NCBI GenBank assembly: GCA_965220725.1
Contig: OZ244840.1
Location: 2,304,548-2,368,547 of the forward strand
Direction: 5' to 3'
From: Arenicellales bacterium
GTDB lineage: Bacteria > Pseudomonadota > Gammaproteobacteria > Arenicellales > JAJDZL01
DNA length: 64,000 nt
The notes beneath the pieces were generated by a model, which did no database searches, was not told the DNA's origin, and was given only the letters and a program-made list of their open reading frames with translations. Below are positions 47,186 through 55,568 of the stretch, piece after piece (within the stretch, counting starts at the first letter, position 1; the number at the start of each line of letters is the position of its first letter). Position numbers and translations under genes: made by a program.

Positions 47186-47362
47186 CCACAGTACGTAGCG
47201 CATTTTGTTGTCGGGTAACTTCTGACTGCGATTTTCCGGTGAACAAAATTGGCGTGACAGCGGTGTTACGTTGATTGCGAGAGTAATGGCATTGCGTGTG
47301 AGTGGCTTTCAAAACCCGATAAATGCAGGCAGGTGGACGATCTGTGAGTTCGGAGAATGGCG

Positions 47363-47641
47363 ATGAACAATTCAATCAGAATCGAAAATGAAGAGGTTGA
47401 GTATCCAGACCTCGATTCCGTGCTGACGTTCCGGAACGTTTTGCGCACAAGGCGGGCGGAAGCTTACGAGAAAAGTCGCAAAGAGGGTTACGAAGAAGGT
47501 CGCAAAGAACTTCTCGAGGAAATTGTGCTGCACATGACTGGGCAGGGAATGGAGTCCGATCAGATCAGCAGATTGACTGGATTGAAGCGTGAATTAGTTG
47601 TGCAAGCAATGCGCAACAAAAAAGCTAAGCGTGTTAAGTAG
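47363..47641 (+). CDS. Stand-alone Rpn C-terminal-domain (RpnS-like) small protein, copy 2.
   Basis: RIENEEVEYPDLDSVLTFRNVLR...EEIVLHMTGQGMESDQISRLTGLKRELVVQAMRN. GGAGA lies 6 nt before the ATG at 47363. Confidence 0.7.
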   Translation: MNNSIRIENEEVEYPDLDSVLTFRNVLRTRRAEAYEKSRKEGYEEGRKELLEEIVLHMTGQGMESDQISRLTGLKRELVVQAMRNKKAKRVK

Positions 47642-47729
47642 TTGCACTGAGTGACTTATTCACAGTATCTGAATATATCGCTCCCAGAACTTGAACTCTA
47701 CAGTGGACTTCGCGCTGTTGTCTAGAAAG

Positions 47730-48536
47730 TCACGACTCGATGTGACAGTTGATCGTTTCCAGGCATTCCTCATGGATCCGTTCGTTTGAAGTCGCCAGAA
47801 TCCGATAGCTGGACTTTAGACTCAGCGGATTACCGTTCCAGTCAGTAACAATCCCGCCAGCACCTTCCACAACAGGAACCAACGCCATCATGTCATAGGG
47901 TTTCATATTTGATTCCATCACCACATCGATCAAGCCTGACGCGAGCAGACCGTAGGCGTAACAGTCCGCACCGAATCGCCTGGAACGGGCTTTTGCAGTA
48001 ACCCGATTGAAAACTTCCCGTTCATCGTCCTCAAACATGTCGATCGAAGTCGCAAATACAGCGGCTTCGGCCAGCGAACCTTTGGAGTTTGTCTGACACT
48101 CCTCGCCTTGAAAAGTGGAGACCAGACCGCGCGCCCCCGCCCATCTTTGCTGCATGGCCGGTGACTCAATAACGCCCAAAATCGGTCGAAGATTGCAGGT
48201 GAGTGCGATCAACACGCCGAATGTAGGCAGGCCATAAACAAACGGTTCGGTGCCGTCAATGGGATCAACGCACCACTTGAGAAACGTATCGTCAGAATCG
48301 CCAAACTCCTCACCGAAAAAACCATGGTCCGGATACTCCCTATCAATGCATCCCCTGATGAACTCTTCAATCTTGTAATCCGCTTCCGTCACGTATGTAT
48401 TGTCGGACTTTGTCCAGCGCTGGACCTGCTGCCTGTGATATTTCAGCGCGATTTCTCTCGCTCCATCAGCCATCGAATGGGCAAACTCCAACAAATCAGA
48501 AATTTGCGGCTGATCGGGTAAGTTAGGCTTGCTCAT
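47730..48536 (-). CDS. Inositol monophosphatase-family phosphatase (possibly HisN-type histidinol-phosphatase).
   Basis: FGEEFG and WCVDPIDGTEPF motifs. I chose the ATG at 48536. The listed ORF starts at a TTG at 48551. Confidence 0.8.
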   Translation of the reverse strand: MSKPNLPDQPQISDLLEFAHSMADGAREIALKYHRQQVQRWTKSDNTYVTEADYKIEEFIRGCIDREYPDHGFFGEEFGDSDDTFLKWCVDPIDGTEPFVYGLPTFGVLIALTCNLRPILGVIESPAMQQRWAGARGLVSTFQGEECQTNSKGSLAEAAVFATSIDMFEDDEREVFNRVTAKARSRRFGADCYAYGLLASGLIDVVMESNMKPYDMMALVPVVEGAGGIVTDWNGNPLSLKSSYRILATSNERIHEECLETINCHIES

Positions 48537-48655
48537 GAAATTTCCTGTCAATCAGCAGAGTAAAATAGACAACCGGATTTGGCATTGATGTCAAATGACA
48601 TGACAATTTCGCAGATTGTACGCCGATTTGAAACCGACACCCAAAGGATATAGCG

Positions 48656-49747
48656 TTGACAAAATCCCGACCCGCACTTTTCTCACCTATTTCATTTCGG
48701 CAGCTGACCCTGGACAACCGAGTCATGGTCTCACCGATGTGTCAGTACTCAGCGGTTGATGGCTGCCTGTCTGACTGGCATCTCATGCATCTGGGTCAGT
48801 TTTCTGTCAGCGGCGCGGGTCTGTTGATTATGGAAATGACCAATGTCGAGGCGCGTGGCCGAATCAGCCCGCATTGTGTCGGACTTTACAGCGACGCCAA
48901 CGAACAGGCGACGAAACGGGTGGTGGATTTTTGCTCTAAGTACGGAAGCGTACCCATTGGAGTCCAACTCGCCCATGCAGGCAGGAAGGCTTCAACCACA
49001 CCGCCTTGGGAGGGTCGCGGCTACGTTCCTGTCGAAAACGGTGGCTGGCAGCCAGTCGGCCCGTCTGCAGTTGCATCCGATGAGTCTGCGCGCGTGCCTG
49101 ATGAACTCTCGATTTCAGAAATTGAATCACTCGTTGACGCATTCGTCCAGTCAGCAATACGCGCCGACAGGATAGGATTCCAAGCGATTGAATTGCATGC
49201 TGCGCATGGTTATCTGCTCCATCAGTTTCTGTCTCCGATTTCGAATTTACGCAATGATCGTTACGGCGGCAGTCTGGGTAATCGCATGCGACTGCCACTC
49301 GACGTGTTTGTGGCAGTGCGCGAGGCCTGGCCGCACGACAAGCCGATTGGAGTGCGGATCTCAGCAACAGACTGGGTGCCGGGAGGCCTGACGCTCGACG
49401 ATACCATTGCATTTGCAAAAGAGCTCAAGTCGCTCGGTTGCGACTGGATTGATGTTTCCAGTGGTGGCATCTCACAGCATCAGGACATCACAACCGGTCC
49501 TGGCTACCAGGTTCACCTTTCCCGTGCGATCCGGGACAGTGTTGGAATTGCGACCATTGCCGTCGGCATGATTGTCGATCCCGAACATGCCGAGTCCATC
49601 ATTGCAGACGGGGACGCGGATGTGGTCGCACTGGCCAGGGGAATGCTCTACAATCCGCGTTGGCCGTGGCATGCAGCCAGGAAACTCGGTGCGCAGGTCC
49701 AATTCCCCAATCAATACCTGAGGTGTATCCCCGCGGACGACCGTTAA
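48656..49747 (+). CDS. Old Yellow Enzyme-family NADH:flavin oxidoreductase.
   Basis: LFSPISFRQLTLDNRVMVSPMCQY and HAAHGYLLHQFLSP. It has a TTG start and no upstream ATG. Confidence 0.85.
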   Translation: MTKSRPALFSPISFRQLTLDNRVMVSPMCQYSAVDGCLSDWHLMHLGQFSVSGAGLLIMEMTNVEARGRISPHCVGLYSDANEQATKRVVDFCSKYGSVPIGVQLAHAGRKASTTPPWEGRGYVPVENGGWQPVGPSAVASDESARVPDELSISEIESLVDAFVQSAIRADRIGFQAIELHAAHGYLLHQFLSPISNLRNDRYGGSLGNRMRLPLDVFVAVREAWPHDKPIGVRISATDWVPGGLTLDDTIAFAKELKSLGCDWIDVSSGGISQHQDITTGPGYQVHLSRAIRDSVGIATIAVGMIVDPEHAESIIADGDADVVALARGMLYNPRWPWHAARKLGAQVQFPNQYLRCIPADDR

Positions 49748-49757
49748 GAGAACATCA

Positions 49758-51050
49758 ATGCACTATCGTAAACATATATTCTGCTGCGTCAACGAACGCG
49801 CTCCCGATCATCCGAGAAGCTGTTGCAAGGCGCGCGGTTCTGTTGAGCTGCGAGAGTACATGAAAAAGCGCGCACGCGAGCTTGGCGTGGATGATGTCCG
49901 GGTGAACAATGCCGGCTGTCTGGAACGCTGCGAACTCGGCCCGACCATGGTGATCTATCCCGACGGTATTTGGTACCACTATGAGTCCGAATCTGATGTT
50001 GATGAGATTCTTGAGAGTCACGTTTTGCATGACATGCCAGTGGATCGGTTACGGCTCAGGGATGGGCAGAAGTTTCCCGATGCCATCGGATTTGTACGGC
50101 TGCGACTCATGGTGTCCGGTGTTGACAGATTGACAGACGATACCCTTAGAATTGAGTTTCAAGACGAGCAGGGCAGGGAACTGCCCGCGTTTACCGCAGG
50201 TTCGCACATCGACCTCATCATCGGCGACGGTGACCAGCGCCGCTCGTACTCACTGGTCAATGATCCTGAGGAGACCAGTCGTTATGTGATCGGCGTGCTT
50301 GAGGATGACAACAGCCGCGGAGGATCAATATGGATTCATGAGAATCTTCATGTGGGAGATGTGATCGAATCCGGCTATCCCAAGAACAACTTCAGATTGG
50401 TCGAGTCCGCCTCGCACCATCTGCTGATCGCCGGCGGCATCGGTGTTGCGCCGATCTTGAGCATGTGTCATCGGTTGAATTCAATCGGTGCACAGTATTC
50501 GGTGCATTACTGCGAGCGAAGTGAGCAGGAGGCAGCATTCATTGATGAGCTTCGCGAGGTTTGCCGCGATCGTCTGACAGTTCACTTCGACGGTGGTGAC
50601 TTGAGCAAGGGGATTTGTTTCGATGAGGTGCTGACAACGCGCCCGAACAATGGTCATTTGTATGTATGCGGTCCTAACGGATTGATGGATGACGCCATCA
50701 AAGCCGCAAAGCATTGGCCCGATGATTCCATTCACAGCGAAAAGTTTCGTCAGACACCATCAACCGAATGGGTCAACAGTGAATTCGAGGTGATTCTGGC
50801 GAGACATCAAAAGACCGTCAAGGTCAATGCAGACCAAAGCATACTGGAGGCGTTGAGAGATCAAGGCGTGACAACCGATTTCTCCTGCACGGAAGGGTTG
50901 TGTGGTACCTGTCGGACCAAAGTTCTGCATGGAAAGGTTGAGCATCGGGATTCGGTATTGACAGAGGCGGAGAAATCCGAAAAGGATCTCATGATGGTTT
51001 GCATCTCCCGAGCCGCGGCCGGCGAGGATTGTTTGATTCTGGATATATAG
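49758..51050 (+). CDS. Three-module reductase: an N-terminal thioredoxin-like [2Fe-2S] ferredoxin fused to a phthalate-dioxygenase-reductase (VanB/PDR)-type FNR-like domain and a C-terminal plant-type 2Fe-2S domain.
   Basis: N-terminus HIFCCVNERAP...CCKARGS...AGCLERCELGPTMVIYPDGIWY. Middle segment FTAGSHIDL...RSYSL...LLIAGGIGVAPI. C-terminus SCTEGLCGTCRTKVLHG. Confidence 0.8.
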   Translation: MHYRKHIFCCVNERAPDHPRSCCKARGSVELREYMKKRARELGVDDVRVNNAGCLERCELGPTMVIYPDGIWYHYESESDVDEILESHVLHDMPVDRLRLRDGQKFPDAIGFVRLRLMVSGVDRLTDDTLRIEFQDEQGRELPAFTAGSHIDLIIGDGDQRRSYSLVNDPEETSRYVIGVLEDDNSRGGSIWIHENLHVGDVIESGYPKNNFRLVESASHHLLIAGGIGVAPILSMCHRLNSIGAQYSVHYCERSEQEAAFIDELREVCRDRLTVHFDGGDLSKGICFDEVLTTRPNNGHLYVCGPNGLMDDAIKAAKHWPDDSIHSEKFRQTPSTEWVNSEFEVILARHQKTVKVNADQSILEALRDQGVTTDFSCTEGLCGTCRTKVLHGKVEHRDSVLTEAEKSEKDLMMVCISRAAAGEDCLILDI

Positions 51051-51073
51051 ACAAGGACTGATGAGGTTGGAAA

Positions 51074-51859
51074 ATGAATGCACTGGATGGAAAAAAGGTT
51101 CTGGTCACCGGCGGAGGATCCGGAATCGGGTTGGCGATCGCCAAAACCTTTGCCTCAGAAGGGGCGGCTGTCTGGGTCTGTGATGTTGACCCGGAAGCGG
51201 TTCGCGAATTGAATGATGTCAATCAGAAAATTCGAGGTGTGGTAGCCGATGTCGGATCGGAATCGGAAGTGAATGATCTGTTCGAGACCGTGTTGGGGGA
51301 ATCGGGTGATCAACTGGATATCCTGATCAACAATGCGGGAGTATCGGGCCCGAACGGACCGCTGGAAACCCTTTCCCTGCAGGGATGGCAGGACACGCTC
51401 CGGGTCAATCTGATCAGTGCCTTCCTATGCTGCCGTCAGGCGTTGCCGGTAATGAAAGCGCAACGAAGCGGCTCGATCATCAACCTGTCCTCAACCGCAG
51501 GCACTCACGGTTATCCTTTGCGAACACCCTACGCGTCGGCAAAGTGGGGGATCATTGGTCTGACGAAGTCGCTTGCCATGGAGGTGGGAAATCATGGCAT
51601 TCGCGTCAATGCCATTTGTCCGGGACCGGTATCCGGTCCGCGGATGGACCGTGTGATCAACGACGAGGCAGTCACCAGGGGAGTCGATGCCGGCAAGGTC
51701 AGGGAGCAATTCGTCAGCCAGATTTCCCTCAAGTGTTTTGTCGAGGCTGAGGATATCGCGCAGATGGCGCTGTTTGTCTGTTCCGATCAGGGCGCCAGGG
51801 TCAATGGGCAGGCGCTGTCGGTGGATGGTCATACCGAATCGCTGTCGTTGGTCGACTGA
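51074..51859 (+). CDS. SDR-family oxidoreductase (FabG-like).
   Basis: VTGGGSGIGLAIA, NNAG, and YASAKWGIIGLTK. Confidence 0.85.
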   Translation: MNALDGKKVLVTGGGSGIGLAIAKTFASEGAAVWVCDVDPEAVRELNDVNQKIRGVVADVGSESEVNDLFETVLGESGDQLDILINNAGVSGPNGPLETLSLQGWQDTLRVNLISAFLCCRQALPVMKAQRSGSIINLSSTAGTHGYPLRTPYASAKWGIIGLTKSLAMEVGNHGIRVNAICPGPVSGPRMDRVINDEAVTRGVDAGKVREQFVSQISLKCFVEAEDIAQMALFVCSDQGARVNGQALSVDGHTESLSLVD

Positions 51860-52301
51860 ATCGAAAGGCAGACGCCAGCCATTGAGGACTGCTTCGCAGT
51901 GAGTCTCCTCACAAAAAAAACTTTGGGAAAAATCTCCCCGCAAATCGTTCGACCTGTCGATTGCCTGACCTATATCGGCACAATCGTGGCGGATTTTCAG
52001 GTCATTGGCAGTCCGGAAAATCATGGCGAATCGACATGGATTGGGATGATGCTTATCCAACATATTGAATTAAAAGAATAAAAGCCTCAGCACATCGCCT
52101 GATTCAGGTATCAGAAATTTCGATGAATTTATCAGAAAAATGAACAATTTCAATAGACTTCAAGCACAGGCTTTGATAAATTAACAGGTTAGTTTAGCCG
52201 GTCGGAAGTTTACAATTGGATTGAGTCGAATTGGAGAATTAATCACAAAATTGAACTCATGCCGGCAAATGTAAAATCTACCAAAATTTAGGGAGTTAAT
52301 A

Positions 52302-53330
52302 ATGAAAGGGAAATATGGAAAACTGCTATTGGCTGGATTCGCTTCGCTTGCCAGTGGACTCGGAATGCTGGTGTCCACTACAGTGGGTGCGGACGGTCAT
52401 GGGAATTACCCGGAACGTCCAATCACAGTCATATGCTGCTACGGAAAGGGTGGCGGTTCAGACCAGGCGGTTGATGCCATTGTTGGTCCTGCGGCGAAGA
52501 TCATGAATGCCAAGATCAACAAGATCAACATCACGGGAGGTGGTGGACTGAATTGTCTGCCGGAGTTCCTGCAGGCACCGGCCGATGGGTACACCCTGCT
52601 TCAGCATATCGATACACTGACATCGCGCTATGTTGAAGGTCGGATTGACCTGAATGCGGTGACGGACCTGGAGTCCCTGGTGATCATGAATGTCGCGCCG
52701 ACCATGCTGTTCATCAATGCTGAAGATGAACGCTTTCAGACGGACGGTGTGCCGGATTGGGACAAACTGGTTGCCTATGCAAAATCAGAGCCGGAAATTC
52801 TGACCGTGTCCAACATCAACATTCCGATGGAACTTGTCAGTATGGCGGTTGTCGAAAACCACTTTGGGTTCAAGTCACGTCAGGTGCTCACCGGTAAGTC
52901 CGCAGAGCGCTTCGGTGCGGTCATCGGCGGTCAGTTGGATCTGCTGATGGAGCAGCCGGGCGATGTGTCCAAGTATGTTGAAGGCGGAAACCTCAAACCG
53001 ATTCTGGCACTTTGGCCCACCCGCTTCGAGAACTATCCGGATACCAAGGCACTTGGTTCTGACTATGGGTTGGATTGGGAGCCGCTTTTGAGATTCCGTG
53101 GGATGTTCACCAAGAAGGGAACACCACCGGAAATCGTAGAGTATCTGGCGGAAGTGTTTGCTGAAGCCTACAACTCGCAAGAGCATCAGGATTTTGTCAA
53201 GCGCAAGAGTCTGGACATCGTGGATTCGTTCCGAAGCAGAGCGGATACCACACAGATTCTTGAGGATTCGGTTGGAATCTATGCCGACGCATTCCGCGAG
53301 CTGGGTCTTCCGATCCGAGAAGGTCTCTAG
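52302..53330 (+). CDS. tctC: Tripartite tricarboxylate transporter (TTT) substrate-binding protein, Bug/TctC family.
   Basis: A signal peptide, then ERPITVICCYGKGGGSDQ. An SD (AGGGAG) precedes the ATG. It is followed by tctB- and tctA-like genes. Confidence 0.75.
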   Translation: MKGKYGKLLLAGFASLASGLGMLVSTTVGADGHGNYPERPITVICCYGKGGGSDQAVDAIVGPAAKIMNAKINKINITGGGGLNCLPEFLQAPADGYTLLQHIDTLTSRYVEGRIDLNAVTDLESLVIMNVAPTMLFINAEDERFQTDGVPDWDKLVAYAKSEPEILTVSNINIPMELVSMAVVENHFGFKSRQVLTGKSAERFGAVIGGQLDLLMEQPGDVSKYVEGGNLKPILALWPTRFENYPDTKALGSDYGLDWEPLLRFRGMFTKKGTPPEIVEYLAEVFAEAYNSQEHQDFVKRKSLDIVDSFRSRADTTQILEDSVGIYADAFRELGLPIREGL

Positions 53331-53365
53331 GTCTCGAATAAAGGCAATAGCCGATAAATCTCATT

Positions 53366-53405
53366 ACCGCCGGCAGTCTTGATGAATGTCGAAGCTGCCG
53401 GCGGT
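53366..53405 (+). promoter_or_regulatory. Intercistronic stem-loop between tctC and tctB.
   Basis: A perfect 11-bp inverted repeat, ACCGCCGGCAG (53366-53376) and CTGCCGGCGGT (53395-53405), with an 18-nt loop. No strong U-tract follows. Confidence 0.5.
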
Positions 53406-53440
53406 ATGTGCCTCGTTTTACAAGTCATTTAGTAAATTCC

Positions 53441-53992
53441 ATGGATAGTAGTTCCAACACTGTCCGCGCGCGAGTCCCTTTTCTGATCGAGTCGTTTTGC
53501 TGGCTGCTTTTTGTGTTGGCGGCCTTCATCTATACCTTTCAGTTCGATGACCCATTGCCGGTCTACGACTGGGGACCTGCACACTGGCCCAGGGTGATTC
53601 TGTTTTGCATGTTCGCAGCCTCACTGCGACTGCTGTATCGTGATTGGCGACTCAGTTCCGGGCCTTCCGGCCAAAGACCGAGTGACTCCGCTGCCGATGA
53701 CCCGGATGACGTGGATACATCGGTCAGATTGAAAGTGGTGCTGATTTTTGCGATACCGGTTCTGTTTACATTTCTGATTCACAAGATGGGTTTTTTGCTG
53801 GTTACACCGTTTTTCCTGTGTGGCTACATGTGGTTGATGGGCGTGCACAGTATCCGGAGGCTGATTCTGCTGACGGTGTGCATCTACTCTGCGATCGTAC
53901 TTATCTTTGTCAAACTTATCTTCACCTATTTGCCACCGGGCGCGGGTGTGTTTAACTCATTGAATGGAAAAATACTGGGGTTGTTGATGTAA
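53441..53992 (+). CDS. tctB: TTT small membrane subunit (TctB-like).
   Basis: About 180 aa with four hydrophobic helices, positioned between tctC and tctA. I chose the ATG at 53441. Confidence 0.65.
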   Translation: MDSSSNTVRARVPFLIESFCWLLFVLAAFIYTFQFDDPLPVYDWGPAHWPRVILFCMFAASLRLLYRDWRLSSGPSGQRPSDSAADDPDDVDTSVRLKVVLIFAIPVLFTFLIHKMGFLLVTPFFLCGYMWLMGVHSIRRLILLTVCIYSAIVLIFVKLIFTYLPPGAGVFNSLNGKILGLLM

Positions 53993-55503
53993 TGGAAGAT
54001 TTTATATTTGGAACTCAACAACTGTTTACCGATCCGATCGGCATAGCAATATTTGTTATTGGTCTGATCGGCGGTTTGGTTTTCGGAGCCGTTCCCGGCT
54101 TGAGTTTGCTGACACTTGCCGCGGTGCTGCTGCCATTTACGGCCTATATGTCCTCAACCCACGCCATCATGCTGTATGGCGTGATTTATGTGTCTGGTGT
54201 CTACGGAGGTGCGGTCACCGCCATTCTGTTCAATATCCCGGGGTCAGTGGAGAATGCCCCGACCGCTTTCGATGGGTATCCGATGACCCAGAATGGCCAA
54301 TCCGGCAAGGCGATCGGATATGCGGTCACGTGTTCGGCATTCGGCGGTACCCTGGCCGCCATCGCAATGATGGCATTCACTGGTCCTGTTGCGGATTTTG
54401 CAATCAAGAATTTCGGACCTGTGGAGATTTTCGCCCTGGTTTTCTTCGGCCTGGCCGTGGTTGCGGGGATCGGTACGAACTCGATTGCAAAAGGCTGGCT
54501 GTCCCTGCTGGCCGGGTTGCTGATCGGTTCGATCGGCAGTGACCCGGTAGGAGGCATACCCCGATTCAATTTCGGCACCCTGTATCTGCATGGCGGTGTG
54601 CATTTCATACCGCTGATCCTGGGATTCTTCGCGGTCGCGGAAGTTTTCGTTCAGGGTCTGAAACTGGCACGCGGGGAATATCAGTCACCCAAGGTATCGG
54701 TGACCTATCCGACATTTTTCGAATTCTGGAAAATGAAATTCGTCGTCGCGCGATCCGCCGTCATTGGATTTTTCTGTGGTGTCCTGCCGGGAATCGGTGC
54801 GACGCTAGCGGCATTCATGTCATACAACGAGGCGGTTCGCTGGTCGAAGCATCCGGAACGATTCGGAAAGGGTGAACCGGAAGGGGTTGTTGCGCCTGAG
54901 ACCGCGAATAACGCGGCGACCGGTGCGGCCATGATTCCCCTGCTGGCGCTGGGGTTGCCGGGTGGCGCGCTCACGGCCATGATGATCGGTGTGTTCAATC
55001 TCCATGACATGGACGTTGGCCCGCTGATCATGATCGAGGCACGCGACCTGGTCTGGGTGCTGTTTGCGTCCATGTTCTGGGCGAGTGTTGCAATCCTGCT
55101 GGTCGGTGTTGTGGAAGCCAAAGGCATCGTGAATCTGCTCAGAATTCCATTTCCCGTGCTGGCACCGGTGATATTGGTGTTCGCAACCATTGGTGCGTTC
55201 GCCCTGCGTGGCAACATCATTGATGTCTATACGATGTTCATCGCCGGAGTCGTTGGATTTCTGATGCGCAAGGGGGATTATTCGATACCGGCATTGGTCA
55301 TGGGTGTGATACTCGGACAGATTGGTGAGGATACGTTCTCGCGATCCATGGTGCTTTTGGACTACAACGTGTTTGCCTTCTTCACCAAGCCGATCAGCGG
55401 TTTCCTGATTGCTGCCGGAATCCTCACTATCGTGATGAACATTGTTCGACATCGTGAGCTCTACGGCAAGTATTATGCAGAGTTCACCGACGAGAACGCG
55501 TGA
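53992..55503 (+). CDS. tctA: TTT large permease subunit (TctA family).
   Basis: A ~500-aa polytopic protein with GALPGLS-type and LPGIGAT motifs. Its start overlaps the tctB stop. Confidence 0.85.
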   Translation: MEDFIFGTQQLFTDPIGIAIFVIGLIGGLVFGAVPGLSLLTLAAVLLPFTAYMSSTHAIMLYGVIYVSGVYGGAVTAILFNIPGSVENAPTAFDGYPMTQNGQSGKAIGYAVTCSAFGGTLAAIAMMAFTGPVADFAIKNFGPVEIFALVFFGLAVVAGIGTNSIAKGWLSLLAGLLIGSIGSDPVGGIPRFNFGTLYLHGGVHFIPLILGFFAVAEVFVQGLKLARGEYQSPKVSVTYPTFFEFWKMKFVVARSAVIGFFCGVLPGIGATLAAFMSYNEAVRWSKHPERFGKGEPEGVVAPETANNAATGAAMIPLLALGLPGGALTAMMIGVFNLHDMDVGPLIMIEARDLVWVLFASMFWASVAILLVGVVEAKGIVNLLRIPFPVLAPVILVFATIGAFALRGNIIDVYTMFIAGVVGFLMRKGDYSIPALVMGVILGQIGEDTFSRSMVLLDYNVFAFFTKPISGFLIAAGILTIVMNIVRHRELYGKYYAEFTDENA

Positions 55504-55568
55504 CTCACAGTTCGCCGCTTGCGGTTTACACCAGACTGTTTCAGAGTTTTAAGCGCAAAGAATAGCGG

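Larger units (their letters stand above)
46498..47641 (+). repeat. Tandem direct repeat, about 2.5 units of ~410-456 bp. Each unit is the Rpn C-terminal-domain coding segment plus the ~180-bp spacer.
   Basis: By eye, blocks 46498-46906, 46907-47362 and 47363-47641 align. For example, AGAATCGAAAATGAAG occurs at 46513, 46922 and 47377, and GTGTTACGTTG...TTTCAAAACCCGATAAATGCAGGCAGGTGGA occurs at 46807 and 47263. Confidence 0.85.

Noticed and set aside
51899-52081. A 60-aa ORF in the 440-bp gap upstream of tctC.
   Set aside because: It has a GTG start without an SD and begins inside a hairpin plus A-run (GTGAGTCTCCTCACAAAAAAAA). No family resemblance was seen.
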